A DNA stretch of 64,000 nucleotides from Candidatus Fraserbacteria bacterium (GTDB lineage: Bacteria; Bipolaricaulota; Bipolaricaulia; RBG-16-55-9). Shown one piece after another: positions 53,193-62,802 of this stretch; the first letter of the stretch is position 1, and the number at the start of each line of letters is the position of its first letter. The stretch covers positions 18,546 through 82,545 of the forward strand of contig JBBIOR010000005.1 of NCBI GenBank assembly GCA_037443265.1, in the 5' to 3' direction. A model generated the notes under the pieces. That model was not told the DNA's origin and searched no databases. It was given only the letters and a program-made list of their open reading frames with translations. Made by a program: the position numbers and the translations under genes.

Positions 53193-53782
53193 GGCTCTTG
53201 GGAGAACGCTTCTATCTTGAGAGCCGCAATGAAGGGCAAATTGCGGTATTTCTCGGCGTAATCCAGCCCGTAGCCCACAAGGAAGGCGTCCTCTTCAAAG
53301 CGGAAGCCCACGTAGTCGAGCGGGGTGGGCAGGCGGCGGCGGGGTGTCTTGTCGATCAGCGCACAGAACTTGACCGAGGCCGGCTCCCGCCGAGCCAGCA
53401 TTTCTCTTAAAAAGCTGAGCGTCTGGCCGGTATCTACGATGTCCTCGACGATGAGCACGTGGCGGCCCTTGATGGGCACTTCTAGATCGCGCACCAAGCG
53501 GATCTCTGCGGGTTTAAAGTCTTTGCCGTAGCTGGCCAGCTGAAGGAAATCGCACTCGAGGGGGATGGGCAGCTCTCTCACTAGATCCGCCAGGAAGACG
53601 AAGGCCCCGCGCAGGAGCCCCACGGCCACAGGCGGCTCGCGCCACAACCGCGACCCCAACTGCTGCTGGTAGTCGCGGGCTATCTCTGCCCCGAGCCGGC
53701 GGACCTGAGCGTGGACCTTCTGCTCGTCCCAGATGATCTTTTGAATCTCGGAATTGACGGCCCAGCGGCTAAAGTTGGCCAT
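53189..53782 (-). CDS. hpt: Hypoxanthine phosphoribosyltransferase
   Basis: VEDIVDTG, VGYGLDY. Confidence 0.93.
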   Translation of the reverse strand: MANFSRWAVNSEIQKIIWDEQKVHAQVRRLGAEIARDYQQQLGSRLWREPPVAVGLLRGAFVFLADLVRELPIPLECDFLQLASYGKDFKPAEIRLVRDLEVPIKGRHVLIVEDIVDTGQTLSFLREMLARREPASVKFCALIDKTPRRRLPTPLDYVGFRFEEDAFLVGYGLDYAEKYRNLPFIAALKIEAFSQEP

Positions 53783-54898
53783 CTAGCTCCTCGCGGTCAC
53801 CTTGCGGACGGCAAATTGCCCCTCGAGACGCTCGAGGCGCTTAGTGATCCCGCCATACTCCAGCTCCTCCAGGCCCACCATGGCCGGGCCGGAGAAGCCC
53901 TGGCGCCTGAGCTCGAGCGTCTTCTCTACGGCTCTTTGTCTGACCCAATCCCAGAAGGGGTGATCGAAGACGTCCACGGGTTCTGTGAGCCGCCCGTTAT
54001 GGACGCAGAAGGCCAGGCACGAGACCAGGGCCGGGCCGTCAAAGTAGGCCACGGGCGAGCCGTGCTTGACGGGCATAAGAGCCACATTGTGGCTGCCGCG
54101 GCAATCCCCGCTCACGTAATGGGCGATGGCAAAGGGGGCGATGATCTCGCCGGTGGCCGGAAATTGATTCTGTACCCGGACGATCATGACGGGATCGTCC
54201 TTGCCCACGTACTTGCCGGCGATATTATGCAATCGGGTGGTGCTTGAGGCCACACACCATTCCCCGGTGGTGCGCGAGTGGATCGACTCGATCACAAAGC
54301 GATGGTTGTCCCTTAGAAGCGCGGCCAGATCATAAAGGTCCTCCGGGGCGTTAAGCTCAATGACCCGATCCCCCTCGGTGTAGCTTACGTCCATGATGGT
54401 GAATCGAAAGCCCTTCTCCATGATGGGGCTGAGCATGAGGCCCGAGCAGAACATGGGATCGGCAAAGCCAAGGTACAGCGGGAGATTATACGCGCCGGGT
54501 TCGGTTTTGTCAGCCGCAAAGAGTAGGAAGGGCTCGTTGGGACGCTCTTCGAACTCGATCTCGGCCACGGCCGGCCCCAGCCCGCGCACGTTGCCCGCGA
54601 AGCTGTCTTTTAAGAGATCTTGGCCTGCGCCGTAGAGGCCCTCTTCCCGAGCGACCTCAGTCGCCTCGCGGAAAGCCTGCCAGGCCAGTCCGTGGATCTC
54701 CGGGTTGCCCAGGCCCTTCTGATGGGACATCAAGATGGAGATGTCATCCCCAGTGTAGCCCGTGAAGGCATCAATGAGCAGTCCGCCTCCTTCCAGCTGG
54801 ACGTACTCCTTCACCCGCTGGATGACGGCCTCACTGGGCCTAAGATGCCCTCCGACGGCGCCGATGTCGGCCTTAATCACCGTAAGAGTCGTCCTCAT
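53783..54898 (-). CDS. fbp: Bifunctional fructose-1,6-bisphosphate aldolase/phosphatase
   Basis: IKADIG, GDD, LYGAGQDLL, DKTEPGA, YVGKDDP. Confidence 0.93.
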   Translation of the reverse strand: MRTTLTVIKADIGAVGGHLRPSEAVIQRVKEYVQLEGGGLLIDAFTGYTGDDISILMSHQKGLGNPEIHGLAWQAFREATEVAREEGLYGAGQDLLKDSFAGNVRGLGPAVAEIEFEERPNEPFLLFAADKTEPGAYNLPLYLGFADPMFCSGLMLSPIMEKGFRFTIMDVSYTEGDRVIELNAPEDLYDLAALLRDNHRFVIESIHSRTTGEWCVASSTTRLHNIAGKYVGKDDPVMIVRVQNQFPATGEIIAPFAIAHYVSGDCRGSHNVALMPVKHGSPVAYFDGPALVSCLAFCVHNGRLTEPVDVFDHPFWDWVRQRAVEKTLELRRQGFSGPAMVGLEELEYGGITKRLERLEGQFAVRKVTARS

Positions 54899-54921
54899 AG
54901 CACATCCCCCCCTAGATGGAT

Positions 54922-55986
54922 CTAGATGAGCTGTACTTCGCTGTTGTCCCCGATCACGAAATGATATGCGGCCGGCGGTCGATCTCGACGTCGCAGGCGG
55001 ACGCCTCTGCCGATGAGGCTGTGATCGATTCTCCCGACTCCCTCGATGGAGGCCCCGGCCATCACGATGCTGTACTCGACCTCGCTCTTATGGATCTTGA
55101 CGTCTCGATCGATAGAGGTGAACGGCCCCACGAACGAGTGGCGGATGACCACTCCAGGGCCGATGATCAGAGGTCCACGCAACTCGCTGTCATGGATCTG
55201 GACGCCTTCGGCCATGGCGACTCGCCCGATGACGCGCGAGTCCTCCGGGATGGGAGAGCGGATCTCCGGCTCCAGTCTCTCCAGCAAGAGGCGATTGGCC
55301 TCCAGCATGTCTTCCGGCCTTCCGACGTCCTTCCACCAGCCCCGGACCAGATGGGGCACGACGCGACGGCCCTGCTCGATGAGGCGCTGGATGGCATCGG
55401 TGATCTCCAGCTCGCCTCTCCAAGAGGGCTCGATCTGCTCGATCGCCTCAAAGATATGATGATCGAATAAATACACCCCCACGATGGCCAGGTTGCTGGG
55501 AGGCACTTTAGGCTTTTCGATGAGTTCTACAATCTGACCCTTCTCCAGGCGAGCCACGCCGAAGCTGGTGGGGTCCTTCACTTCGGCCAGAAGGAGCGTG
55601 GCATGGGCCTCCTTGCGCTTGAACTCCTGCACCAGCTCCGCTACACCGTTCTCCAAGAGATTGTCTCCCAGATAGACGAGAAAGGGTTCTTGGCCGACGT
55701 ACTCGCGGGCGCAGGCCACCGCGTGGGCGAGCCCTTGAGGCCGTTCCTGCAACACATAGCTGATCTTTACACCCCAGCGGGAGCCGTCGCCCAGTGCAGC
55801 CTTAAACTCCTCTTCGACGTTGGGGCTGACTACTAGGCCGATCTCGCGGATGCCGGCGGCCCGAAGGGCCTCCAGAGTGTGTAAGATGACGGGGCGATTG
55901 GCCACCGGGATGAGATGCTTGGCGCTGGTGTGGGTGAGCGGCCGAAGCCGAGTCCCCTCCCCCGCGCAGAGCACGACTGCTTTCAA
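54922..55986 (-). CDS. rmlA: Glucose-1-phosphate thymidylyltransferase (long form)
   Basis: GEGTRLRPLT, AKHLIPVAN, RGELEITD. Confidence 0.88.
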   Translation of the reverse strand: MKAVVLCAGEGTRLRPLTHTSAKHLIPVANRPVILHTLEALRAAGIREIGLVVSPNVEEEFKAALGDGSRWGVKISYVLQERPQGLAHAVACAREYVGQEPFLVYLGDNLLENGVAELVQEFKRKEAHATLLLAEVKDPTSFGVARLEKGQIVELIEKPKVPPSNLAIVGVYLFDHHIFEAIEQIEPSWRGELEITDAIQRLIEQGRRVVPHLVRGWWKDVGRPEDMLEANRLLLERLEPEIRSPIPEDSRVIGRVAMAEGVQIHDSELRGPLIIGPGVVIRHSFVGPFTSIDRDVKIHKSEVEYSIVMAGASIEGVGRIDHSLIGRGVRLRRRDRPPAAYHFVIGDNSEVQLI

Positions 55987-56058
55987 ATGCCCTTCCCTCC
56001 AAAGATTTCACTAAATCGAGTAGAGTCGGATTCACGGTAGCAGATGCCAAGCGCGAAT

Positions 56059-57582
56059 TCAAGTATTGGCCGCGAAGACCCGCTCGCCGGCCAGATACGC
56101 ATCCCACACGCGCATCTGGTCAATACGCTCAGGGGCTTGAGTCGGGTCCTCCTCGAGGACGATGAGATCGGCCCATTGGCCCGGCTCCAACGAGCCCAGC
56201 TCTCCTTCAGAAAAGCCCGCATAGGCTGCCCCGAGCGTGTAGGCCGAGAGGGCCTCTTCGACGGAGAGCTTCTGATGTTCATGAGGGGCGTTCACGGCCA
56301 GCTGAATCCCATAGAGCGGCCCGAAGGGCATGCTGTCAGAGCCAAAGGCCAGCGGGATGCCTCTCTCCCACACCCGACGATGGGGGTCGATCCTCCGATC
56401 CCGCTCTGCCCCTAGACGCTCTTCGTAGAGCCTGCCGGGGCCGCTCCACTGCAAGAAATTGGGCTGCATCGAGGCGATCACCCCCAGATCCTGGGCCAGC
56501 CGGAGGTGCTCTTCTTTGGGCAGCTCAAAATGCTCAATGCGCGCTCGGTCATCGGGGCCAACGCCTGCCTGCTTGAGGGCTTCCAGCGCGGAAGCGATCG
56601 CCCGATCCCCAATGGCGTGAATCATGAGCTGAAAGCCCGCCTCGTGGGCCTTCCTGACCAAAGCGTTCAGCTCCTCTTGGGGATAATTCAGCTTTCCCCG
56701 GCTAGTGGGCTCATCGGCATAGGGCTCAAGGAGGGCCGCATTTCTGGCCCCAATGGAGCCATCGGCAAAGATCTTGATCGCTCCTAGCTTGAGAAATTCA
56801 TCGCCTAACTCGGAAGCGAGGCCCGGCTCGCTCAGGGCTTCCAGGTGCTCTACGGGAATATTTAAACGCACGCGCAGCTTGAGCCTTCCCCGGCGCTTCA
56901 GGCGAAGATAAGCCCGCACGTGCTCCGGGCGGGCTATATCGTGGACGGCTGTTACCCCCAGCGAGTGGGCCTTCTTCACCGCGGCTTGGACGGCCTTTTC
57001 GATCTCTTCCGGCCCTGGGGTGATCCGAGCGAGGAAATCAGCCGCGGCTCGCTCGCGCAGCTGGCCCTGCTCCCTATCAAACTCGTCCGCCTCAGCTTCC
57101 ACGGAGATGAGCTTGAGGGCCAAGGAGTTGGCCACGAGCAGATGGCCATCGACTCGACTTAAGGCCACGGGATTTTTGGGGGCAACCCGATCGAGGTCTG
57201 CGCGGGTGAGATAGCGCTTCTCCGGCCAGAGGCTTTCGTCCCAGCCGCGGCCTTGAATCCAGGAGTCCGGGCCGCGGCGCCGGGCGGCCTCGCGCACTCC
57301 CTCTAGGGCTTCATCGAGCGAGCGCGTCCGGGAAAGATCCAGTACATAGCCGGTCTCCTTAAGGCCTAAACTTACCAGATGCGTATGCGCATCGATAAAT
57401 GCGGGCAAGAGCGCCTTTCCGGCCAAATCGACGATCTTCGTCTGGGGGCCCCGGAGTCTTTTGATCTCCGCGGTGCGTCCCAGGGCCAGAATATGCCCGT
57501 CGCGCACGGCCAGGGCCTCGGCCCGTCTCGGAGCCGCTGCCCACACAACGCCGTTGATGAAAATCAGATCTGCTGCCCTCAT
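56059..57582 (-). CDS. Amidohydrolase family 3 (YtcJ-like)
   Basis: FIDAHTH, KIFADGS, HAIGD, RIEH, GSD. Confidence 0.88.
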   Translation of the reverse strand: MRAADLIFINGVVWAAAPRRAEALAVRDGHILALGRTAEIKRLRGPQTKIVDLAGKALLPAFIDAHTHLVSLGLKETGYVLDLSRTRSLDEALEGVREAARRRGPDSWIQGRGWDESLWPEKRYLTRADLDRVAPKNPVALSRVDGHLLVANSLALKLISVEAEADEFDREQGQLRERAAADFLARITPGPEEIEKAVQAAVKKAHSLGVTAVHDIARPEHVRAYLRLKRRGRLKLRVRLNIPVEHLEALSEPGLASELGDEFLKLGAIKIFADGSIGARNAALLEPYADEPTSRGKLNYPQEELNALVRKAHEAGFQLMIHAIGDRAIASALEALKQAGVGPDDRARIEHFELPKEEHLRLAQDLGVIASMQPNFLQWSGPGRLYEERLGAERDRRIDPHRRVWERGIPLAFGSDSMPFGPLYGIQLAVNAPHEHQKLSVEEALSAYTLGAAYAGFSEGELGSLEPGQWADLIVLEEDPTQAPERIDQMRVWDAYLAGERVFAANT

Positions 57583-57695
57583 TGCGATTCCTCTCGGGCA
57601 TAAGGATTGTAGCCGGGACCTGTAGCCACATCAAACGAGGGGGAGCTTGATTTGCTGCAGCGCTTACCCTAGAGTACCCCCTGGGGGGACGTCCT

Positions 57696-58439
57696 GTGCC
57701 GTGGAGACCTCTCTTAGAGGCCGTGCGCGATGGCAAGCTTTCCGTGGACGATGCGCTACGGAAGCTCAAAGATCTACGCGGCTTTTTGGAGCTTGGACAC
57801 TCAAAGCCGGACACCCATCGCTCGTTGCGCCAGGGCATTGCGGAAGTGATCTTCTGTCCGGGCAAGACTCCTCAGCAGCTTATTCAGATCATGGCAGCCC
57901 TCCGCGCACAGGGGGATTTAATTATCGCCACGCGCGCGCAGCCGGAGCACGCCCAGGCGGTAGCAAAGCGCTTTCCTAAGGCGCGCTATTTTGAAGAAGC
58001 CAGCATCATCGCGCTAGGAGAGCCCAGAGAGATTCGAGGCGGCCTAGTCTTGGTGCTCACCGCCGGCACCTCCGATATTCCCATTGCCGAAGAAGCCGCA
58101 GTCACGGCAGAGCTTCTGGGCAATCGCGTATCGAGAGAGTTCGACGTTGGGGCGGCGGGGGTCCATCGCCTGCTCGACCAGACGGAGAAATTACTCGAGG
58201 CCAGCGTGCTCATTGTAGTGGCCGGCATGGATGGGGTCTTGCCCACCCTGGTGGCAGGGCTAGTCGAAAAGCCCGTCATTGCCGTGCCCACCAGCCGGGG
58301 CTATGGGGCGAATTTTCAAGGGCTTTCGGCCTTGCTTACCATGCTCAACAGCTGCGTGCCCGGCGTGGCGGTTGTGAATATAGACAACGGTTTCGGGGCG
58401 GGGGTGCTGGCCGCCCGGATCAATCACATGAATCTATAA
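57696..58439 (+). CDS. larB: Nickel pincer cofactor biosynthesis protein LarB
   Basis: AGTSDIP, DVGAAGVHRL, VPTSRGYG, VVNIDNGFGA. Confidence 0.9.
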   Translation: MPWRPLLEAVRDGKLSVDDALRKLKDLRGFLELGHSKPDTHRSLRQGIAEVIFCPGKTPQQLIQIMAALRAQGDLIIATRAQPEHAQAVAKRFPKARYFEEASIIALGEPREIRGGLVLVLTAGTSDIPIAEEAAVTAELLGNRVSREFDVGAAGVHRLLDQTEKLLEASVLIVVAGMDGVLPTLVAGLVEKPVIAVPTSRGYGANFQGLSALLTMLNSCVPGVAVVNIDNGFGAGVLAARINHMNL

Positions 58440-58487
58440 AAATAAAAAAAGAAAAGACTGGAGCGCCGGCTCTCCACCGACGCTCCA
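58438..58487 (-). terminator. Intrinsic terminator of hup
   Basis: TGGAGCG...CGCTCCA hairpin with long U tract on minus strand. Confidence 0.75.
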
Positions 58488-58506
58488 CGGGTAATCGAGC
58501 GCCCCT

Positions 58507-58785
58507 CTAGCGCCTCAGCAGGGCCTCTTTGAAGGACTTGCCCGGACGGAACTTCGGGACCAGCTTGGCGGGCACGGTCATGGGCCGGCCCGTCTGCGGG
58601 TTGATCCGGGTGGTGCTCTTCTGCTGCCTTGCCTCAAAGGTGCCGAAGCCGGTGAAGGTGACCTTGTCCCGACGAGAGCAGCAGTCCACCAACAGGTCCA
58701 GCGCGGCCTCCAGGGCCGTGCGGGCCTCCTTCTTGCTGAGCTTGGTCCTCTTGGCCAACTGGTCGACAAATTCGGCCTTGTTCAT
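58507..58785 (-). CDS. hup: DNA-binding protein HU
   Basis: MNKAEF, GFGTF, INPQTG, PKFRPGK; promoter TTGACT-17-TATAAT at 58821..58849. Confidence 0.95.
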   Translation of the reverse strand: MNKAEFVDQLAKRTKLSKKEARTALEAALDLLVDCCSRRDKVTFTGFGTFEARQQKSTTRINPQTGRPMTVPAKLVPKFRPGKSFKEALLRR

Positions 58786-58845
58786 CGTTGCCCCTCCTTC
58801 CCCCGTTGAGATTGTCTCGAATTATAGGGCTAAAGAGGGCCAAAG

Positions 58846-59070
58846 TCAAGGGGGAGAGGCTCCCGTTGCGGGTTTTTCCGCCAGACCCCATAGTTCAATC
58901 TCGCCACACTGCGGGCAGCGCAGCGTATAGAAATACTCTGCCTGAGGGGCTCCTTCGAGCCGGGCCGGGGCCTCCTCGGCCCCCTTGCGGAAGAGTCGTC
59001 CTACCCCCCCACATCTCGGGCAGAAGAGCGTCGTGATGATCGTCTTCTCCGGGAGCTTGGCCAAGGGCAT
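58846..59070 (-). CDS. Small Zn-ribbon protein
   Basis: CPRCG...CPQCG; SD GAGGTGA. Confidence 0.65.
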   Translation of the reverse strand: MPLAKLPEKTIITTLFCPRCGGVGRLFRKGAEEAPARLEGAPQAEYFYTLRCPQCGEIELWGLAEKPATGASPP

Positions 59071-59140
59071 GTTCAGATCACCTCGGGTCCATCATAGCCC
59101 AAGGGCTTGACCCCGGCGAGTCCCGCCCCTAGAATGCCCC

Positions 59141-60157
59141 ATGATGATCGCAATCCCCGACCTGAGAAGAGAGACCCTGGAGCTCCTCTGCCAAGTTCCT
59201 AAAGGCCGCGTCACGACGTATCGGGCGCTGGCGCTGGCCTTGGGCGACGCCATGGCCGTAAGAGCCGTCGGGCAGATCATGGCCGATAACGAGCAGCCGG
59301 ATGTCTATCCCTGCTACAAGGTCGTCCACAGCGATGGGCGAGTGGGCGAATATAGCGCTCCGGGTGGCATGGCCGCCAAAATCGAAAGGCTTCAGGCCGA
59401 GGGCATCCCCATTCAGGACGGCTACGTTCAAGGTTTTAAAGAGCGCGTCTTCTATCAATTCCAATCGAACAGACCTCTAGTTCAACTAAGAGCGCTACAA
59501 GAAGAGCTCTCGAAGCGTGTCGTCTTAGAGCCCTTGCGAGAGGAGTATCGTACCGTGGGCGGCGTGGATCTTTCGTATAAGGGCCCCTGGCTGGGGGTGG
59601 GAGCGTACGTCGGCATGGAGATCGCTGGCCGAAGACACTTGGCCACGGTGATCTCCGAGCACGAGACCCTGTTTCCGTACATCCCAACTTATCTCGCGTT
59701 TCGGGAGTTGCCGGTGCTCTTGCCCCTGCTGGAGCGGGTGAGAGCCGAGGGCCCTTTGGCCGATGTGATCATGGTCGACGGCAGCGGCATCTTGCATCCG
59801 CGGCACGTGGGCATCGCGTCCCACTTGGGCGTACTTCTCAACATTCCGACCATCGGAGTGACGAAGACGTTGCTCTACGGCGAAGTGGATCTCAAAGACA
59901 TGAAGGCGAAAGAGGTGCGCTGGGTTCTTGATCCCACAAGCGGCCAGAGGATCGGAGCGGCGATCCAGACCCGTGCTCGGGCCGAGCCCGTCTTCGTCTC
60001 CGTGGGCCACAGGATCGATCTTGAGACGGCCGTGGAGCTGGTGCTAGAGCTTGCATCACAACGCTTGCCGGAGCCCATTCATCGGGCGCATCTGGCCAGT
60101 AAAGAGACGGCTCATCCTCGAGCTGAGCTGCGGGGGCAAAAAGCCCTAGATCTCTAA
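59141..60157 (+). CDS. O6-alkylguanine alkyltransferase-like domain fused to endonuclease V
   Basis: VPKGRVTTY, RAVG, PCYKVV; then GGVD, PYIPTYLAFRE, VDGSGILHPR, GVTK. Confidence 0.9.
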   Translation: MMIAIPDLRRETLELLCQVPKGRVTTYRALALALGDAMAVRAVGQIMADNEQPDVYPCYKVVHSDGRVGEYSAPGGMAAKIERLQAEGIPIQDGYVQGFKERVFYQFQSNRPLVQLRALQEELSKRVVLEPLREEYRTVGGVDLSYKGPWLGVGAYVGMEIAGRRHLATVISEHETLFPYIPTYLAFRELPVLLPLLERVRAEGPLADVIMVDGSGILHPRHVGIASHLGVLLNIPTIGVTKTLLYGEVDLKDMKAKEVRWVLDPTSGQRIGAAIQTRARAEPVFVSVGHRIDLETAVELVLELASQRLPEPIHRAHLASKETAHPRAELRGQKALDL

Positions 60158-60183
60158 GCCCTTACGGAAGGAGGTCTATAGGC

Positions 60184-60750
60184 GTGGATCGCACGGAAGC
60201 CCTCAAATTGCTGAAAGAGCACACGAGCAATGGGAATCTCATCAAGCACATGTTGGCCGTGGAGGCAGCCATGAGAGCCTACGCGCGCACATTCAACGAG
60301 TACGAAGAGCCATGGGGGATTGCGGGCCTCTTGCACGATTTCGATTATGAGAGATTCCCCAATCATGAGCACCATCCCACCGAGGGTCATCCCTACTGGG
60401 GGGTGCAGCTGTTAAGAGGCAAGGGCTATCCCGAGGAGGTCTGCCGGGCGATCTTGGCCCATGCGGACTACACGGGCGTGCCGCGGGAGACGCTTATGGC
60501 GAAAGCCCTCTATGCCTGCGATGAGCTTACGGGTCTCATTGTGGCGGTGGCGCTGGTGCGGCCCTCTAAGAAGCTCTCTGAAGTGACGGTGGATTCCATC
60601 CAGAGGAAGTGGAAGGACAGATCTTTTGCCCGTGGAGTGAGGCGTGAGGACATCGAGCGGGGGGCTCAGGAGCTGGGCGTGCCGCTGGATGAGCACATTG
60701 AGATCGTGCTTTCGGCGATGCAGGGCATTGCAGATCAGCTCGGACTCTAA
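60184..60750 (+). CDS. HD domain (HDIG) phosphohydrolase
   Basis: LIKHMLAVE, GLLHDFDYE, DELTG, FARGV. Confidence 0.88.
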   Translation: MDRTEALKLLKEHTSNGNLIKHMLAVEAAMRAYARTFNEYEEPWGIAGLLHDFDYERFPNHEHHPTEGHPYWGVQLLRGKGYPEEVCRAILAHADYTGVPRETLMAKALYACDELTGLIVAVALVRPSKKLSEVTVDSIQRKWKDRSFARGVRREDIERGAQELGVPLDEHIEIVLSAMQGIADQLGL

Positions 60751-60763
60751 CTAGAATATCTCC

Positions 60764-62266
60764 GTGGCTCGCAGAGTTCGTGATCGCATTCGCAGGGTGC
60801 TCATCGCCAACCGCGGCGAAATTGCCGTAAGAGTCATCCGCGCCTGCCGGGAGCTGGGAATCGAGACGGTGGCAGTCTATTCCGACGCCGATCGCTTCTC
60901 GCTGCACACGCGCTGGGCCGATCAAGCCCATCGCCTGGGTCCGCCCCCGGCCTCCGAGAGCTATTTGAACGCTCAAAGAATGATCGAGATCGCGAAAGAG
61001 ACGGAGTGCGACGCCATCCATCCCGGCTACGGCTTTCTGGCTGAAAGGGCAGACTTTGCCGAGCTTGTGGAGAAGAGCGGCTTGATCTTCATCGGCCCCA
61101 AGCCGCAGTCCATAAGGCTCATGGGCGATAAGCTGGCCGCGCGCAAGACGGCCAGAGAGCAGGGCGTGCCCACCGTGCCCGGAGTCTATGAGAAGATCGC
61201 CACGCTCGCCGAAGCGAAGCGTGCGGCCAAAGAAGTGGGCTTTCCCCTGTTGATCAAGGCCGCGGCCGGAGGAGGCGGCAAGGGAATGCGGCTTGTGGCC
61301 CGCGAACGCGAACTCAAAAGCTCTTTTGAGCGCGCCGTCTCGGAAGTGGAGAAGAGCTTCGGTGATCCCTCCGTCTATTTCGAAAGATTCATCCCGAAAG
61401 CCAAGCACATCGAAGTGCAAGTGCTGGCAGATTCTTATGGGAACGTCGTGCATCTCTATGAGCGAGAATGCTCCGTGCAGCGACGCTATCAAAAACTCAT
61501 CGAGGAGACTCCGGCTCCGCTGCTGAGTGACCCAATGAGGCGCGAGATGGGCGAGGCGGCCGTCGCGATCGCTCGGGCTTGCGGCTATCGCAGTGCGGGC
61601 ACCGTGGAGTTCCTCTATGATCTCGAGAGAGAGCGCTATTATTTTCTAGAGATGAACACGCGCATCCAGGTGGAGCATCCGGTCACGGAGATGACCACGG
61701 GGATCGATCTCGTGCAAGAGCAGATCCAGATTGCCGCCGGCAGAAAGCTCGCGTTCGCACAAGAGGAGGTCTGCCCGCGGGGCGCGGCTCTGGAGTGCCG
61801 CATCTACGCGGAAGACCCCGAGCACGATTTTATGCCTTCCATCGGGCGCGTGGAAGAATTAGTACTGCCTTCTGGCCCCGGAGTGCGGATAGATAGCGGC
61901 ATCTCGCGCGGCGATCTTATAACACCCCACTATGATCCGCTGCTTCTTAAGCTCATCGTCTGGGGCGAGGATCGCCCAGGTGCGATCCGGCGCATGGGAC
62001 GAGCCCTCCAGGAGATGTGGATCGTCGGCGTGGCCACCACCATGGGCTTCCATCTAAGAGCCCTCGCGGACGAAAGATTTCTCGCTGGGAGTTACACAAC
62101 GGATTTCATCCGGCATCTTCAGGCTGGAGGGCTTTCGCCAGAAGAGCTGGAGATCTTGGCTGTGGCAGCGACGGTCGAGCGCTTCACTCAAGGAAAGCAG
62201 TGGCACGCCACGATGAACTCCGCAGCCAAAGAGCAAGAGCAACGCTGGAAGTGGGCGTCCGAATGA
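60764..62266 (+). CDS. accC: Biotin carboxylase
   Basis: IANRGEIA, HPGYGFLAE, GGGGKGM, EMNTRIQVEHP. Confidence 0.93.
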   Translation: MARRVRDRIRRVLIANRGEIAVRVIRACRELGIETVAVYSDADRFSLHTRWADQAHRLGPPPASESYLNAQRMIEIAKETECDAIHPGYGFLAERADFAELVEKSGLIFIGPKPQSIRLMGDKLAARKTAREQGVPTVPGVYEKIATLAEAKRAAKEVGFPLLIKAAAGGGGKGMRLVARERELKSSFERAVSEVEKSFGDPSVYFERFIPKAKHIEVQVLADSYGNVVHLYERECSVQRRYQKLIEETPAPLLSDPMRREMGEAAVAIARACGYRSAGTVEFLYDLERERYYFLEMNTRIQVEHPVTEMTTGIDLVQEQIQIAAGRKLAFAQEEVCPRGAALECRIYAEDPEHDFMPSIGRVEELVLPSGPGVRIDSGISRGDLITPHYDPLLLKLIVWGEDRPGAIRRMGRALQEMWIVGVATTMGFHLRALADERFLAGSYTTDFIRHLQAGGLSPEELEILAVAATVERFTQGKQWHATMNSAAKEQEQRWKWASE

Positions 62267-62802
62267 AGTACATCGTGGATGTGGAGGGGAAGTTGATCGA
62301 AGTCGAGCTGGTTCGTCAAGAGGGCCAGACGTGGGCCATCGTTGGCCAGAAGCGGGTGCCCGTGGCGCTACATCGACACTGGGGAAGCCACTTTCATACG
62401 CTCATCTACGGCCATCGCGCTTTCACCCTCCATCTCCGTGGGCAGGGCACAGGCTATATCATTCATTGGCGCGGCCGAGCATGTCCCGTGGAGGTAGGGC
62501 TGTCGGCCGTGCAAAAGCGGCGGCGTCATCCTCAGAAGGGCGCGGCAGTCGTAATAGGCGAGCAGATCGTGACGGCCCACATGCCGGGCCTGATCGTCAA
62601 ACTCGAAGTGAAGGAGGGCCAGAGGGTGCGGAAGGGAGACGGCCTGCTCGTGATCGATGCCATGAAGATGGAGAACGAGATCCGCGCTCCGTGCGAGGGA
62701 ATCCTCGAGAAGATTCTGGTAGGGGTCGGTCGCGAGGTGAGCCGCGGCCAGATCCTCTGCGTGATCCGCTCCGATCCTTCCCTGGGGCTTACTCATGGTT
62801 AA
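62263..62802 (+). CDS. Biotin carboxyl carrier protein
   Basis: [18 protein letters not shown] overlap with accC. Confidence 0.88.
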   Translation: MKYIVDVEGKLIEVELVRQEGQTWAIVGQKRVPVALHRHWGSHFHTLIYGHRAFTLHLRGQGTGYIIHWRGRACPVEVGLSAVQKRRRHPQKGAAVVIGEQIVTAHMPGLIVKLEVKEGQRVRKGDGLLVIDAMKMENEIRAPCEGILEKILVGVGREVSRGQILCVIRSDPSLGLTHG

